Numbered from the stretch's first letter, positions 17,366 to 31,253 are shown. The stretch: DNA of 62,379 bases from an uncultured Candidatus Saccharibacteria bacterium (GCA_964601595.1 CAZRNY010000002.1:1-62379); one strand, 5' to 3'. Notes: generated by a model not told the origin, from the letters alone. Made by a program: numbers and translations.

Positions 17366-18499
17366 ATGATAGAAATACGACCAATCAATAAAATAAAAGC
17401 TCCCGAAGAATTACCGGAAATATTTTCCTATAAGGAAGACATAGACCGTTTGTATTCCGAGCTTGTCCCTTATATAGGGAAGAAAGTAATTGTCATAGGA
17501 AACGGCGGTTCGATAACTTCTTTTCAGGCATACAGGGAAGCTTTCGACAAGGAATATGAATCACAGATAGTCTGGTCCATGGACCCGATTCTCATAGAGA
17601 AGACGAGAAGCAGTTTCTCTCCTCAGGAGTCCGTCGTTGTCGCGATATCGAAATCTGGAAATACGATCGGAGTGATCGAAGCCCTTTCCTGTTTTTCTGA
17701 ATACGAAACGATCGTTGTTACAGAAGATAAGACGAGCGCCTTACGCGATCTCGCTTTAGTGAATGGATGGAAGGTAATAGATCATCCGGCTATCGGCGGA
17801 AGATTTTCCGGCGGGACCTCTTCTGCCTTCGTTCCGGCAATAATCTCAGGCATGGATGTTCCAGAAATAGCGGTCGGAATTGCGAAAGGATATCTTATGA
17901 AGGATGAAGCGCTTTCTCTGGCAAAGGAACTCTTCGATTTGGAGGAAAAAGGATATACGGAGCTTTATGTCTCTATATATCCATACCTTCTTTCAGGGAT
18001 GAGAAATCTCATAGTCCAACTTATGCATGAGTCTGTCTGTAAGAAAGGAAAAGGCCAGACTGTATATGCGGCGATGGGGCCTGAATGCCAGCACCATACC
18101 AATCAGAGGCTTTTTGGAGGAAGGAGGAATGTCGCTGCACTATTCATGGTCTCGGATGATATATCTTCCGATCTTTCTGTTTCCTTCATACCTGAGGCAT
18201 TGGATATAGAGGTGGAGGGAACCCCACTCGGAGCGATAAATAATCTGCCGATCCAAGTAGGTCTCGAAGCGGAATATATGGGAACAAGGAAGAATACCAA
18301 AGAAGACGGCATCCCATCTTTTGAGATGAGGGTTTCTGACTGTTCCTATGAGACGGTCGGCGAGCTGGTCGGTTTTTTTCATCTGCTCGCTTTCTATAGC
18401 GCAAGCTTGAGAGGAGTGGATCCATTCGACCAGCCGGCTGTTGAAAGGAGTAAAGATATAACGATCGAGATACTGAGATCCGGGAATAGCGGATTCTAA
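17366..18499 (+). CDS. pgi: glucose-6-phosphate isomerase (short form)
   Basis: SIS-domain signature 'VVAISKSGNTIGVIEA'; the overall PGI layout is present but shortened (377 aa). Confidence 0.7.
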   Translation: MIEIRPINKIKAPEELPEIFSYKEDIDRLYSELVPYIGKKVIVIGNGGSITSFQAYREAFDKEYESQIVWSMDPILIEKTRSSFSPQESVVVAISKSGNTIGVIEALSCFSEYETIVVTEDKTSALRDLALVNGWKVIDHPAIGGRFSGGTSSAFVPAIISGMDVPEIAVGIAKGYLMKDEALSLAKELFDLEEKGYTELYVSIYPYLLSGMRNLIVQLMHESVCKKGKGQTVYAAMGPECQHHTNQRLFGGRRNVAALFMVSDDISSDLSVSFIPEALDIEVEGTPLGAINNLPIQVGLEAEYMGTRKNTKEDGIPSFEMRVSDCSYETVGELVGFFHLLAFYSASLRGVDPFDQPAVERSKDITIEILRSGNSGF

Positions 18500-18504
18500 T
18501 AAAT

Positions 18505-19197
18505 ATGCATCTAGCGATAATTCCTGACGGAAACAGAAGGTGGGCGAAGGAGAGAGGGCTATCTGGTTCAGCCGGCCATTTTGAGGGAGCAAAGAGAATA
18601 GAAGAAATTATCTCGGATGCTTTCGATAATGGCGTTTTTTGCCTTTCCGTTTGGGGCGCTTCTGTGATTAACCTTACGGAGAGAAGCAAAGAGGAAGTTG
18701 GATTCCTCTATGGTATATTCGGCGATCTTTTCAATAAGATACTTTCCTCAAAGGAAATAAGAGAAAAGTCCGTAAGGGTATCTGTGATAGGAAGATGGAA
18801 AGAGTTCTTTCCTGAAGATCTGGCTCTTCTTGCGGAAAAGATCCAATCGGAAACGGCTGGGAATACGGGTCCTCGGTTGAACCTGATGCTTGCTTATAGC
18901 GGTACAGGGGATATGCGCGAGGCATTTGCTAAGGTGGCACTTCTCTCAAGAGAAAATACAAGCCTTATTGTGGATAATGATCTTATAAAGTCATCTCTTT
19001 CAACAAAAGATCTGCCTCCGGTTGATCTTGTGATCAGGATGGGAGGAGAGCCACATTGGTCTGATGGATTTATGATGTGGGATATAGCGAACGCGCAATT
19101 CTATTTTACTGAAACATTCTGGCCTGATTTCGATAAAGAGAAATTAAGAGAGGCAATCAGTGAATTTAATAGCAGAACTAGGCGTTTAGGAAAGTAA
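18505..19197 (+). CDS. uppS: isoprenyl transferase (undecaprenyl diphosphate synthase)
   Basis: 'HLAIIPDGNRRWAKERG' and '..DLVIRMGGE.R.S.F..W' cis-prenyltransferase motifs. Confidence 0.9.
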   Translation: MHLAIIPDGNRRWAKERGLSGSAGHFEGAKRIEEIISDAFDNGVFCLSVWGASVINLTERSKEEVGFLYGIFGDLFNKILSSKEIREKSVRVSVIGRWKEFFPEDLALLAEKIQSETAGNTGPRLNLMLAYSGTGDMREAFAKVALLSRENTSLIVDNDLIKSSLSTKDLPPVDLVIRMGGEPHWSDGFMMWDIANAQFYFTETFWPDFDKEKLREAISEFNSRTRRLGK

Positions 19198-19198
19198 T

Positions 19199-19804
19199 AT
19201 GACGGGAGAAGAGAGAGAAAAAAAGCTTCGTGAGATAAGGGATGAAATAGTGGCTCTTAAAGAATCATCTCTTTATGCGTATCGCATAGAGAGTAATGCG
19301 CATCCTGTAATCGGAGAAGGGAGCTATTCCGCGAAGATAATGCTCATCGGAGAAGCTCCAGGAAAGAATGAGGCGACGACGGGCAGACCTTTCTGTGGCG
19401 CGTCAGGGAAAGTGTTGGACGAACTTTTTAATGAGGCTTCGATAGAGAGATCTTCCGTATATGTGACGAATATAGTGAAAGACAGACCACCTGAGAACAG
19501 GGATCCTTCGTCTTCGGAAATAGAAATGTATGGTCCTTTTCTCGACAGACAGATAGAGATAATCCGTCCGGCGGTTATCGGAACCTTGGGTAGATTCTCT
19601 ATGGAATATATAATGAGAAGGTTAGGACTCGATCACGAGCTTCAGCCGATCAGTAAGATTCATGGCTGTAAGTTTGAAGGGAAAACCGGTTATGGCGCAG
19701 TTGTCGTCGTTCCTTTCTATCATCCGGCTGTCGCCGTCTATGACAGATCGAAAAAAAAGGATCTCATAAGAGATTTTCTGCTACTTAGCGAATTCAACAA
19801 ATGA
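19199..19804 (+). CDS. uracil-DNA glycosylase, family 4
   Basis: 'GEAPGKNEATTGRPFCGASGKVLDELF' family-4 motif and 'HP' near the C-terminus. Confidence 0.8.
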   Translation: MTGEEREKKLREIRDEIVALKESSLYAYRIESNAHPVIGEGSYSAKIMLIGEAPGKNEATTGRPFCGASGKVLDELFNEASIERSSVYVTNIVKDRPPENRDPSSSEIEMYGPFLDRQIEIIRPAVIGTLGRFSMEYIMRRLGLDHELQPISKIHGCKFEGKTGYGAVVVVPFYHPAVAVYDRSKKKDLIRDFLLLSEFNK

Positions 19805-20892
19805 AAATATTAAGGATATTCACCGGAATTATCTTCGCGGCAGCGTCCATATATGGATTGTTGTATATAACCGAGGGGGTGATGAGTAGATCGTCCTCTC
19901 TTACCGGATCGATTTCAGATGTAGAGGAGAAGGATCCTCAGCTGCCTATCGAGAAGAAAGAGAAAGAAGAAGCTTCTATACTCTTCGTGGGAGATATGAT
20001 GCTCGATAGGAATGTTTATCTCTTATCGGAAAGGAATGGCGGGTCGGCTTATCCTTTCTCTGCCATAGAGAATATCTTCGGAGAGGAGAATATAAGAGTC
20101 GGGAACCTCGAGGGACCGATGACTGACAATGAATCTTTGGCGGCAAAGAATATGGGGATGACTTTCACGATCAATCCCTCTTTTGCTTCCGAGCTCGCAA
20201 AGAGGTTCGATGTACTTTCGCTCGCGAATAACCATACCCTCGATTTCGGAGAAGACGGATTATGGCAGACAAGAAAGAATCTCGGCGATCAGGGAATCGC
20301 CTATTTCGGCGATTATCTGAATAGGGGAGATAATATATCGACTATCGTCGAAAAGAACGGAATAAAGATAGGAATAGCCGGATATCACGCTTTATCAGGA
20401 AAGGGATTGGAAACGACGCTCATAGATATAAAGAAGCTTCGGGAAACGACCGATATCGTTGTCATGATGCCTCATTGGGGAGAAGAATATGAGACGGTCC
20501 ATAATAAGGATCAGGAGTTGCTTGCAAAGAAGTTCATCGCAGCCGGAGCTGATGTCATAGTGGGTGGTCATCCTCATGCCGTTCAGGATATAGGAATAAT
20601 AGAGGGCAAGCCGGTGTTTTGGAGCTTGGGTAATTTTATTTTCGATCAGTATTTCTCGAAAGAGACTATGGAAGGACTGGTTCTTAGGATGGATTTTGCG
20701 AAATCGAATGAAGGAAAGATAGAAGTCTCGACCGACCTTATCCCGATAGCGATAGGAAGGGATAGCCGGCCATTTCTTATGGAAGGAAAGAAGGGAAGCG
20801 AGATGATCGATTCTATCTCGAAAAGAAGCAATATTCCTGATGAGATGAAGATGATGATCGATTCGAAAAAATTTACTTTTACCGTCCGTTAA
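19801..20892 (+). CDS. CapA family (PGA_cap metallophosphatase-like) protein
   Basis: N-terminal TM helix, 'FVGDMMLDR', 'LANNHTLDFG', 'HWGEEY' and 'GGHPH' motifs. It overlaps the upstream gene by 4 nt (ATGA). Confidence 0.75.
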   Translation: MKILRIFTGIIFAAASIYGLLYITEGVMSRSSSLTGSISDVEEKDPQLPIEKKEKEEASILFVGDMMLDRNVYLLSERNGGSAYPFSAIENIFGEENIRVGNLEGPMTDNESLAAKNMGMTFTINPSFASELAKRFDVLSLANNHTLDFGEDGLWQTRKNLGDQGIAYFGDYLNRGDNISTIVEKNGIKIGIAGYHALSGKGLETTLIDIKKLRETTDIVVMMPHWGEEYETVHNKDQELLAKKFIAAGADVIVGGHPHAVQDIGIIEGKPVFWSLGNFIFDQYFSKETMEGLVLRMDFAKSNEGKIEVSTDLIPIAIGRDSRPFLMEGKKGSEMIDSISKRSNIPDEMKMMIDSKKFTFTVR

Positions 20893-20970
20893 GGACGGTT
20901 TTCTGTTATAATTTAAGCTATCAATAAAAGGTCGAAAAAAAGCAAAAAAACAATCAATCAATCATTCTAA

Positions 20971-21672
20971 ATGAACATTTTAAGTTGGGGAGACGCTTTG
21001 GTTCTGGCTTTTCAGGAGTTTGTCATAAGAGATGTGCTCGGCATATTGCCTAGCATCCTCGGTGCGTTGCTTCTTTTCGTCGTCGGACTCTTGATCGCGA
21101 GATCTATCGAGTTCGTCATCGAGAAAGCGGTCTCGGCCGTTAAACTCGATGTTGCTCTCAGAAAGGTCGGACTCGATCGTTACTTTGAGCGCGCCGGAAT
21201 GCATCTTAATTCCGGATCTTTCCTTGGAAAGATCACTTATTGGATAGTCTTACTTGTATTTATCGTCGGCATCGCTGATATTTTCGCTCTTACTACCGTT
21301 TCCGGTTTTATAAGAACCGCTCTCGGATGGGCTTTCGGAAATCTTTTTGCCGCGATCATCATACTCATCGTTTCCGCTTTCCTTGGACAATTCTTGAAGA
21401 AAATCGTCGACGCTGCCGTTGCGGGAGCGAAGATACATTCTGCAAAATTCCTCGGAACGGCTACTTGGTGGGTCGTAATGCTCTTTGGTTTTATGGCTGC
21501 TCTCGATAAGCTTGGAGTAAATACGAGCTTTATCCAGGACAATATCACTAACCTTGTACTCATAGCTGCCGGATCTCTCGGTTTGGCCTTCGGTTTGGCC
21601 TTCGGTTTGGGAGGAAAATCGCATGCTGAGAAGCTTATCGGTAGGATTGAAGACAGGATAGAGAATAGGTAG
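20971..21672 (+). CDS. membrane protein with conserved TM-helix repeats
   Basis: Several hydrophobic helices and an internal 12-nt tandem repeat encoding GLAFGLAFGLG (~21579-21612). Function unknown. Confidence 0.5.
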   Translation: MNILSWGDALVLAFQEFVIRDVLGILPSILGALLLFVVGLLIARSIEFVIEKAVSAVKLDVALRKVGLDRYFERAGMHLNSGSFLGKITYWIVLLVFIVGIADIFALTTVSGFIRTALGWAFGNLFAAIIILIVSAFLGQFLKKIVDAAVAGAKIHSAKFLGTATWWVVMLFGFMAALDKLGVNTSFIQDNITNLVLIAAGSLGLAFGLAFGLGGKSHAEKLIGRIEDRIENR

Positions 21673-21705
21673 CATTTATCTGCTTTTTTTGACACGAAGG
21701 ACCTC

Positions 21706-21733
21706 TTGACAGGGGTCTTTCGTCGTATATACT
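21706..21733 (+). promoter_or_regulatory. sigma70-like promoter upstream of the 23S rRNA
   Basis: TTGACA (21706-21711), 16-nt spacer, TATACT (21728-21733). It lies ~245 nt upstream of the mature 23S 5' end. Confidence 0.5.
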
Positions 21734-21979
21734 TACCTCCTGTAACCTACTCAAGAAACGGACACGAGGACAGCGGAAAAACCGAAGCCCCCAAAGGGTT
21801 CGGGACCTGCAAGAATCGGGAGAATCGATAGAAACGGAAGCTCGACAGATTTTTGAAAACGAAAGGTCAAGAGTATTATTTAAAACCTTAAGTCGCGGAC
21901 GAGCAGTCTGCGACGAGTTCTTTCTGAAAGGAAAGATCAAAGGTTTGTGTGTAGGATTTTTATCGGCTTCTAAATGACC

Positions 21980-24979
<3,000 letters not shown>

Positions 24980-25059
24980 GGTCATTCAGGAGCGGATAAT
25001 GATTTTCTGCACAGAATAATACAATTTGATTTTTCGTTAAGCGTTTGATATATTCACTT

Positions 25060-25168
25060 TGCTCGGTGTTAACCATAGATTGTCCCACCCGATCCCATTC
25101 CGAACTCGGAAGTGAAAGATCTATGGAGCGATGATAGTCTTTCGAGGCAAAAGTAGCTTTGCCGGGCA
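25060..25168 (+). rRNA. rrf: 5S ribosomal RNA
   Basis: 'cccacccgatcccattccgaactcggaagtgaaag' core. Helix I closes with tgctcggt/gccgggca. Confidence 0.9.
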
Positions 25169-25178
25169 TTTACCAAAT

Positions 25179-25203
25179 AGCCGTCCCTAAAGGGCGGCTT
25201 TTT
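25179..25203 (+). terminator. rRNA operon terminator
   Basis: Stem 'agccgtccc/agggcggct' plus a T-run. Confidence 0.7.
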
Positions 25204-25210
25204 GATGTAC

Positions 25211-25320
25211 AAATCTCCAAATTTCTACTGCGGCGCGAGATTATTTGCTCGGCGTACCCGCTTCGCTACAAGTACGCCGTCGCTCACAATCTCTCACCTC
25301 GCTACGAAATTTTGAGATTC
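25211..25320. repeat. long-hairpin intergenic repeat, copy A
   Basis: Outer arms 'aaatctccaaatttc'/'gaaattttgagattc'. It shares the blocks CTACTGCG, GCTCGGCGTACCCGCT and CACCTCGCTAC with copies B-D. Confidence 0.6.
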
Positions 25321-25393
25321 GAAGAATTTGTTGCCTTTAAATAAGATTCAGCTATCGAAAAAAGAGGCCAAAGGTTATATAATCGGCATATAA

Positions 25394-26155
25394 ATGAGGA
25401 GGGGATTGAAACAATTCCTGTTCGGGACGATATATCTTCTGATTATCGCCGGCATAGCGACCGGAGCTTATTTGCTCTTATTTAGGGCCAGACCGAGCTG
25501 CGACGACGGGATACTTAACCAGAACGAAGAAGCTATCGATTGTGGCGGAAAGTGTGATGCTTGCGAAGTGAAAGAGCTTGCAGTCGAACTTGTCAGCCAG
25601 CAGGTCATGGGCGTTCAGTCAATTAGAAAGGCGAGCATAATGCTTACTTTCAGGAACCCGAGTATCGATTATTGGGTGAACGATTTCACTTATAGGGCTG
25701 ATCTCTACAATATTCTCGGGGCGAAGGTTTCTTCTTTCGAAGGAAGATCTTCGATACCGCCGAACGGCAGGAGGATAATTCCTATCGCCGGCATAGATAT
25801 CGATCCTAGAGATGTCGGAACTGTCCAGGTTACCATTCTCGATTCACAATGGGTCGTGATAAGCGAATATTCTAATGTGCAGGTTGCTTCTTCGAACATA
25901 AAAGCGGCAGTAACTTCTTCCGAGAGGATAAAGGTTACCGGAACCATGTCTAATAATTCTCCCGATCTTATTTCCAAGTTCAGGGTAGGCGCGGTTGTAT
26001 ACGGAAAGGACGGCACTCCGAAGGCTATCTCACAGACAGTCATAGAAGATTTTCAAGGATTTTCAAAGCGTGATTTCGAGATATTTGCCGCTTTCGATAA
26101 GACAGAACTTATAGACATACAGAGAACTGAGATATTTACCGAAGTCTTGAAATGA
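25394..26155 (+). CDS. membrane-anchored hypothetical protein
   Basis: N-terminal TM helix, a small Cys knot 'CDDGILNQNEEAIDCGGKCDAC', then a beta-rich domain. It overlaps the next gene by 4 nt. Confidence 0.55.
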   Translation: MRRGLKQFLFGTIYLLIIAGIATGAYLLLFRARPSCDDGILNQNEEAIDCGGKCDACEVKELAVELVSQQVMGVQSIRKASIMLTFRNPSIDYWVNDFTYRADLYNILGAKVSSFEGRSSIPPNGRRIIPIAGIDIDPRDVGTVQVTILDSQWVVISEYSNVQVASSNIKAAVTSSERIKVTGTMSNNSPDLISKFRVGAVVYGKDGTPKAISQTVIEDFQGFSKRDFEIFAAFDKTELIDIQRTEIFTEVLK

Positions 26156-27228
26156 CCGCTAAAAATCTCAGACTAGACTTACCCCTACTCGGCGGAGTGG
26201 CTACTATCGCGGCAGCCAGCTTGCTTATGCTCGGCTCTTCTTCGCCTGATCTATTCATAAAGCAGCTCATCTTTCTGGGTCTTGGAACGATAATCGCTTT
26301 GATACTTTTTCTCGTAGATCTCAGGCCTCTTGTCGGCGCTAAGTGGGCGGTCGCGATGATATTTTTCGGTAGCTTATTGTCGCTTGTAGCCGTTCATCTT
26401 TTCGGCACCGAGGTTAACGGAAGCAAGAGTTGGCTTGGCATAGGAACCTTCGGATTGCAACCGTCAGAGCTCTCTAAGTTCGCTTTGATAACTATCCTTG
26501 CCGCCTTCTTCAGTAGGAGACATATAGGAATAAGGAGAATAGCAGTTATACTCGGTTCATTCGCTTATTTTGCGGCACTCGGAATACTTATCATTACGGA
26601 GCCTGATCTTGGATCAGCGTTGATCCTTTTCGGAATATGGTTCGGCTTTCTGCTTGTGGCGGGACTTCCTATCCGATATGTGGCTTTCGCGGCAGTGCTG
26701 TGCCTCGCTTTTGGAGGAGTGGCTTGGAATGTCGCGCTGAAGGACTATCAGAAAGACAGAATAATGGCGGTATTCAACCCTGAAGCTGATCCGCTCGGAG
26801 TAAACTACAATGTCATCCAATCGAAGAGCGCGATCGGATCGGCGGGAACATTCGGAAAAGGATTCGGGCAAGGCGCGCTTGTAAAACTTGGTTATTTGCC
26901 GGCCGCGCAGACAGACTTTGCCTTTTCTTCGTTTACGGAAGAGTGGGGCTTCGCTGGCGCAATGATTGTCCTTGCGGCTTTCGGTATCATAATATGGAGG
27001 ATCGCTGTGATAGGTGTTCGAGCGGAGGGAAATTTCTATAAGCTCTTTTGTCTGGGATCGATGATATTTTTCGGATTACATTTTTTCGTCAATATCGGAT
27101 CAGCACTAGGGCTGTTGCCGGTCATAGGTGTCGTTTTCCCATTCCTCAGTTCAGGGGGATCTAATCTCATAATATCGATGGCAATAATAGGAGTAATACA
27201 AAACATTGCAGTTAGAAATTCTTCTTAA
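26152..27228 (+). CDS. SEDS family peptidoglycan polymerase (FtsW/RodA/SpoVE)
   Basis: About 9-10 TM helices, 'QPSELSKFALI', 'AAQTDFAFSSFTEEWGF', 'PFLSSGGSN'. Confidence 0.88.
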   Translation: MTAKNLRLDLPLLGGVATIAAASLLMLGSSSPDLFIKQLIFLGLGTIIALILFLVDLRPLVGAKWAVAMIFFGSLLSLVAVHLFGTEVNGSKSWLGIGTFGLQPSELSKFALITILAAFFSRRHIGIRRIAVILGSFAYFAALGILIITEPDLGSALILFGIWFGFLLVAGLPIRYVAFAAVLCLAFGGVAWNVALKDYQKDRIMAVFNPEADPLGVNYNVIQSKSAIGSAGTFGKGFGQGALVKLGYLPAAQTDFAFSSFTEEWGFAGAMIVLAAFGIIIWRIAVIGVRAEGNFYKLFCLGSMIFFGLHFFVNIGSALGLLPVIGVVFPFLSSGGSNLIISMAIIGVIQNIAVRNSS

Positions 27229-27994
27229 GAAAACTATATATCTAGCTATATTTATCGTCTGTTCGGCTTTTGCCGTATCTTTCGGGTATAAAAAACTTCA
27301 TAAGGAGCCGCTAGTCTATCCGGTCGTAAAGGTGACGATTCCGGAAGGATGGACACTCGCGCAGATAGATGAAGAGCTTTTTGAAAATAAGGTAACGGCC
27401 GAAAAGGGGATAATAAGCAGCTTCGATCCCGAGAAAATGTCTACGGAACACCCGATGCTTCAGGGGAAAAAAAGCCTTGAAGGGTTCATGTTTCCGGATA
27501 CTTATGAGTTTTTTGAAGGATCTTCCAAAGAGGTCATAATCGACAAGTTCTTGGATAATTTCGATGCGAAAATAGGGCCGATAATAGGGGCAAAAACCAG
27601 TCCTTACGATATCTTGAAAATAGGCTCACTTATAGAAAAAGAGACTCCAGATGCAGGGAAAGACCGATTTTTGGTCTCAGGAATCATATATAAAAGGCTT
27701 AAAGAAGGGATGAGGCTACAACTCGATGCGACTCTTTGTTACGCAAAAACCGGCCGGGAGTGCGATAAGGTTTTTCCACAGGACAAGGAGATAAATTCTC
27801 CTTATAATACTTATAGGAGCTATGGTTTACCGCCGACTCCGATAAGCAATCCGGGGATTTCGGCTATAAAAGCGGCTACAGCACCAGAAGTCTCGGAATA
27901 CTGGTATTACATATCTGACCCTGCCACGAAGCAGGCTATATTCGCTAAGACTCTTGACGAGCACGGTAGAAATATCGTTAAATATCTGAGATAA
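27206..27994 (+). CDS. mltG: endolytic murein transglycosylase MltG (YceG-like)
   Basis: 'LQLDATLCYA' and 'SPYNTYRSYGLPPTPISNPG' motifs with an N-terminal TM anchor. Confidence 0.85.
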   Translation: MQLEILLKKTIYLAIFIVCSAFAVSFGYKKLHKEPLVYPVVKVTIPEGWTLAQIDEELFENKVTAEKGIISSFDPEKMSTEHPMLQGKKSLEGFMFPDTYEFFEGSSKEVIIDKFLDNFDAKIGPIIGAKTSPYDILKIGSLIEKETPDAGKDRFLVSGIIYKRLKEGMRLQLDATLCYAKTGRECDKVFPQDKEINSPYNTYRSYGLPPTPISNPGISAIKAATAPEVSEYWYYISDPATKQAIFAKTLDEHGRNIVKYLR

Positions 27995-28041
27995 ACGAAC
28001 CTTTAACCCAACCCAGCTTTTGGAGGGTTTTTTATTGTCAA

Positions 28042-31000
28042 ATGCCCAAACAAAAAGTCAAAGTGTTTTCGTCCCATCCGGGATCCTTCATCAAGGAGCC
28101 CGATCTCGTAGCAATACAGATTGACTCCTTTAACTGGTTTAAAGAGAAAGGTCTTAAAGAACTCCTCAAGGAAGTCTCTCCTATCTATGACTATTCTGGA
28201 AAGGAATTCGAGCTCAACTTCAAAGAATTCTATTTTGATGAGCCGAAATTCTCGATAGAAGAAGTTAAGGATAAGGCTTTGACTTATGAAGCTCCTCTCC
28301 GCATGACGGTAGAGCTTACTAACTTGGTTACGAAGAAGACGATCGATCAAGAGATCTATTTTGGCGATTTCCCCCTTATGACCAAGAGGGGTACTTTCAT
28401 TATAAACGGAGTCGAGCGTGTCATTATCTCGCAGCTTGTCAGAAGCCCTGGTGTTTACTTTGTATCTGAGTCCGTAAGAGGCGATAGATACTTCGGCGCG
28501 AAGATCATCCCTAATAGGGGAGCTTGGCTTGAGTTCGTTACTGATACTGACGATTCGATTCAGGTAAAAATAGACCGTCATCGTAAGGTGCCGGTGACTT
28601 CGCTTTTTCGTGTATTCGGGATTAACGACGAAGAGGAACTGAAAAAGATCTTCTCTTCCGAAGATGAACTCCATTATATCGAGGCGACCATAAAGAAGGA
28701 GGCTGCAAAGACTCCAGGCGAATCGTATATGGAAATATACCGCCGCTTGAGGCCGGGTGATCTCGCTACTCCTGAAGCAGCTAAGTCTCTTATCGATTCC
28801 ATGTTCAAGAGAGAGGACCGCTATGATCTTTCTGAGGTTGGAAGATATAAGATCAACCAGAGACTTGGCGTTAACGAGGGAGATTCCAGACTTCTTGAAA
28901 AAGAAGATGTCATCCGCATCGTCAAACAGATAATCGCGATGAATGTGGATACCCGTTCCATCGACGACGATATCGATCATTTGGGTAACAGGCGCGTACG
29001 CGCCGTAGGGGAACTTCTTCAGATGAGGATGAGGCTTGGTTTCAGCCGTATGAGAAGGATAGTGCAGGACAGGATGTCGACTCTCGACAAGCTGACTCTC
29101 ACTCCTATGCAGCTCGTAAATGTAAGACCTCTTATCGCTACCGTCCGCGATTTCTTCGCGACGAGCTCAATGTCTCAGTTCATGGACCAAGTGAATCCTT
29201 TAACCGAACTTGAGCACAAGAGAAGAATCTCAGCGCTTGGTCCCGGCGGACTCACTAAGGAAAGAGCTGGAATGGAAGTGCGCGACGTTCATTCGTCCCA
29301 CTACGGAAGACTCTGCCCGATTCAAACTCCTGAAGGACAGAACATCGGACTTATCAACTATCTTTCCATCTATGCGCGAACCAATAAGTTCGGCTTCATT
29401 GAGGCTCCTTATGTAAAGCTTGATAAGGGAAAGATCACTAAGGAAATAGTCTGGCTCGATGCCTTCGAAGAAGAGAAGCATAAGATCGCTCACTCTGGAG
29501 CTAAGATCGATTCGGAAAAGAACGTCCTTTCCGAGAAGATCATCGAAGCAAGATTTATGAGTAAGCCGACCAACATCTCTAGGGAAGAAGTCGACCTTAT
29601 GGATATCGGACCCGCCGAGATACTCTCAGTCGGAGCAGCGCTCATCCCGTTCATTGAGAACGACGACGCGAAGCGCGCGCTCATGGGATCAAACATGCAG
29701 AAGCAGGCCGTTCCTTCCATCAAGCCGGAAATACCGCTCGTCGGAACCGGAATGGAACAGAAGGCTGCTTACGATTCGGGACACGTCATTATCGCTGAAG
29801 AAGACGGCGTCGTTTCCGCAGTCGATGCTTCTCACATAGTCGTCCTCGAAGAGGGCGGAAAGAAGCGTCATTACGGACTCGAGAAGTTCCGCATGACGAA
29901 CCAGTACATAGCTTTCTCTTACAGGCCCACTGTCAAAGTCGGCGATAAGGTTAAAAAAGGCGAACCGATCGGAGATGGTCCTTCCATCAAGGATGCGACC
30001 CTCGCTCTCGGACAGAACCTCCTTTGCGCATTCGTTTCCTGGGAAGGAGCGAACTACGAAGACGCTATCATCATCTCGGAAAGAGTAGTCCAGCAGGATC
30101 GCTATACTTCCGTTCACATAGAAGATTTCACTTGCGACGTACGCGATACGAAGCTCGGTCCGGAGGTAACTACTCCTGATATTCCGAATGTTTCGGAAGA
30201 CAAACTGAAAAACCTCGACGAAGAGGGAATCGTCCGCATAGGAGCTGAAGTCCTTGCCGGAGATATCCTTGTCGGAAAGATCTCCCCTAAAGGAGAAGCA
30301 GAACTTACTTCTGAAGAAAGACTCTTAAGAGCGATTTTCGGAGAAAAGGCCCGCGATGTTAAAGACACCTCGCTTACTGTTCCTCATGGAAAGAGCGGCC
30401 GCGTTGTCGGTGTTAGGATTTTTGACCGTGAGAAGGGCGACAAGCTCGAACCGGGAGTAATCAGAAGGATTCAGGTCCAGGTAGCTTCTCTCCGCAATAT
30501 ACAAGCAGGAGATAAGATGGCCGGACGCCACGGAAACAAAGGTGTCATCTCGATGATCAGGCCTGTCGAAGACATGCCGTTCCTCGAAGACGGAACACCA
30601 GTAGATATTATTCTTAACCCGCTCGGTGTCGCGAGCCGCATGAACCTCGGACAGATTCTTGAGACTCATCTCGGATGGGCGGCATATAAGCAGGATTTCA
30701 TAGTCCACACGCCTGCTCTTTCTGGAGCTTCGGAAGAACAGATCCAGGCAGAACTTAAGAAAGCCGGATTACCGGAAGATGGAAAAGTAACTCTCTACGA
30801 CGGAAGAAGCGGAGAAGCTTTCGATAGTAAGGTGACTGTCGGAAAGATTTACATGATCAAGCTGAACCATATGGTACTCGACAAGGTCCATATGCGTTCG
30901 ATCGGTCCTTACAGCCTTATCACTCAGCAACCGCTTGGAGGAAAAGCTCAATTCGGCGGACAGAGATTCGGAGAAATGGAAGTGTGGGCTCTCGAAGGAT

Positions 31001-31251
31001 ACGGCGCGTCGCATGTCCTTCAGGAAATGCTCACCATCAAATCAGACGATGTCATGGGCAGATCGGCTGCCTATGAATCGATAGTAAGAGGGGAGAAGAT
31101 CAAGCAACCGAACATTCCTGCCACTTTCAATGTTATGACGAGCGAACTTAAGGCTCTAGCTCTGAATGTGGAGTTGTGCGGAGGGGATGAAGATGAATGT
31201 GAAGAGTCAGCTGTTTCGTCGGACAACAAGGAGGAAACCAAAGAAGAATAA
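28042..31251 (+). CDS. rpoB: DNA-directed RNA polymerase subunit beta
   Basis: 'GTFIINGVERVIISQLVRSPGVYF', 'RRISALGPGGL', 'GRHGNKGV', 'GGQRFGEMEVWALE'. Confidence 0.98.
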   Translation: MPKQKVKVFSSHPGSFIKEPDLVAIQIDSFNWFKEKGLKELLKEVSPIYDYSGKEFELNFKEFYFDEPKFSIEEVKDKALTYEAPLRMTVELTNLVTKKTIDQEIYFGDFPLMTKRGTFIINGVERVIISQLVRSPGVYFVSESVRGDRYFGAKIIPNRGAWLEFVTDTDDSIQVKIDRHRKVPVTSLFRVFGINDEEELKKIFSSEDELHYIEATIKKEAAKTPGESYMEIYRRLRPGDLATPEAAKSLIDSMFKREDRYDLSEVGRYKINQRLGVNEGDSRLLEKEDVIRIVKQIIAMNVDTRSIDDDIDHLGNRRVRAVGELLQMRMRLGFSRMRRIVQDRMSTLDKLTLTPMQLVNVRPLIATVRDFFATSSMSQFMDQVNPLTELEHKRRISALGPGGLTKERAGMEVRDVHSSHYGRLCPIQTPEGQNIGLINYLSIYARTNKFGFIEAPYVKLDKGKITKEIVWLDAFEEEKHKIAHSGAKIDSEKNVLSEKIIEARFMSKPTNISREEVDLMDIGPAEILSVGAALIPFIENDDAKRALMGSNMQKQAVPSIKPEIPLVGTGMEQKAAYDSGHVIIAEEDGVVSAVDASHIVVLEEGGKKRHYGLEKFRMTNQYIAFSYRPTVKVGDKVKKGEPIGDGPSIKDATLALGQNLLCAFVSWEGANYEDAIIISERVVQQDRYTSVHIEDFTCDVRDTKLGPEVTTPDIPNVSEDKLKNLDEEGIVRIGAEVLAGDILVGKISPKGEAELTSEERLLRAIFGEKARDVKDTSLTVPHGKSGRVVGVRIFDREKGDKLEPGVIRRIQVQVASLRNIQAGDKMAGRHGNKGVISMIRPVEDMPFLEDGTPVDIILNPLGVASRMNLGQILETHLGWAAYKQDFIVHTPALSGASEEQIQAELKKAGLPEDGKVTLYDGRSGEAFDSKVTVGKIYMIKLNHMVLDKVHMRSIGPYSLITQQPLGGKAQFGGQRFGEMEVWALEGYGASHVLQEMLTIKSDDVMGRSAAYESIVRGEKIKQPNIPATFNVMTSELKALALNVELCGGDEDECEESAVSSDNKEETKEE

Positions 31252-31253
31252 AT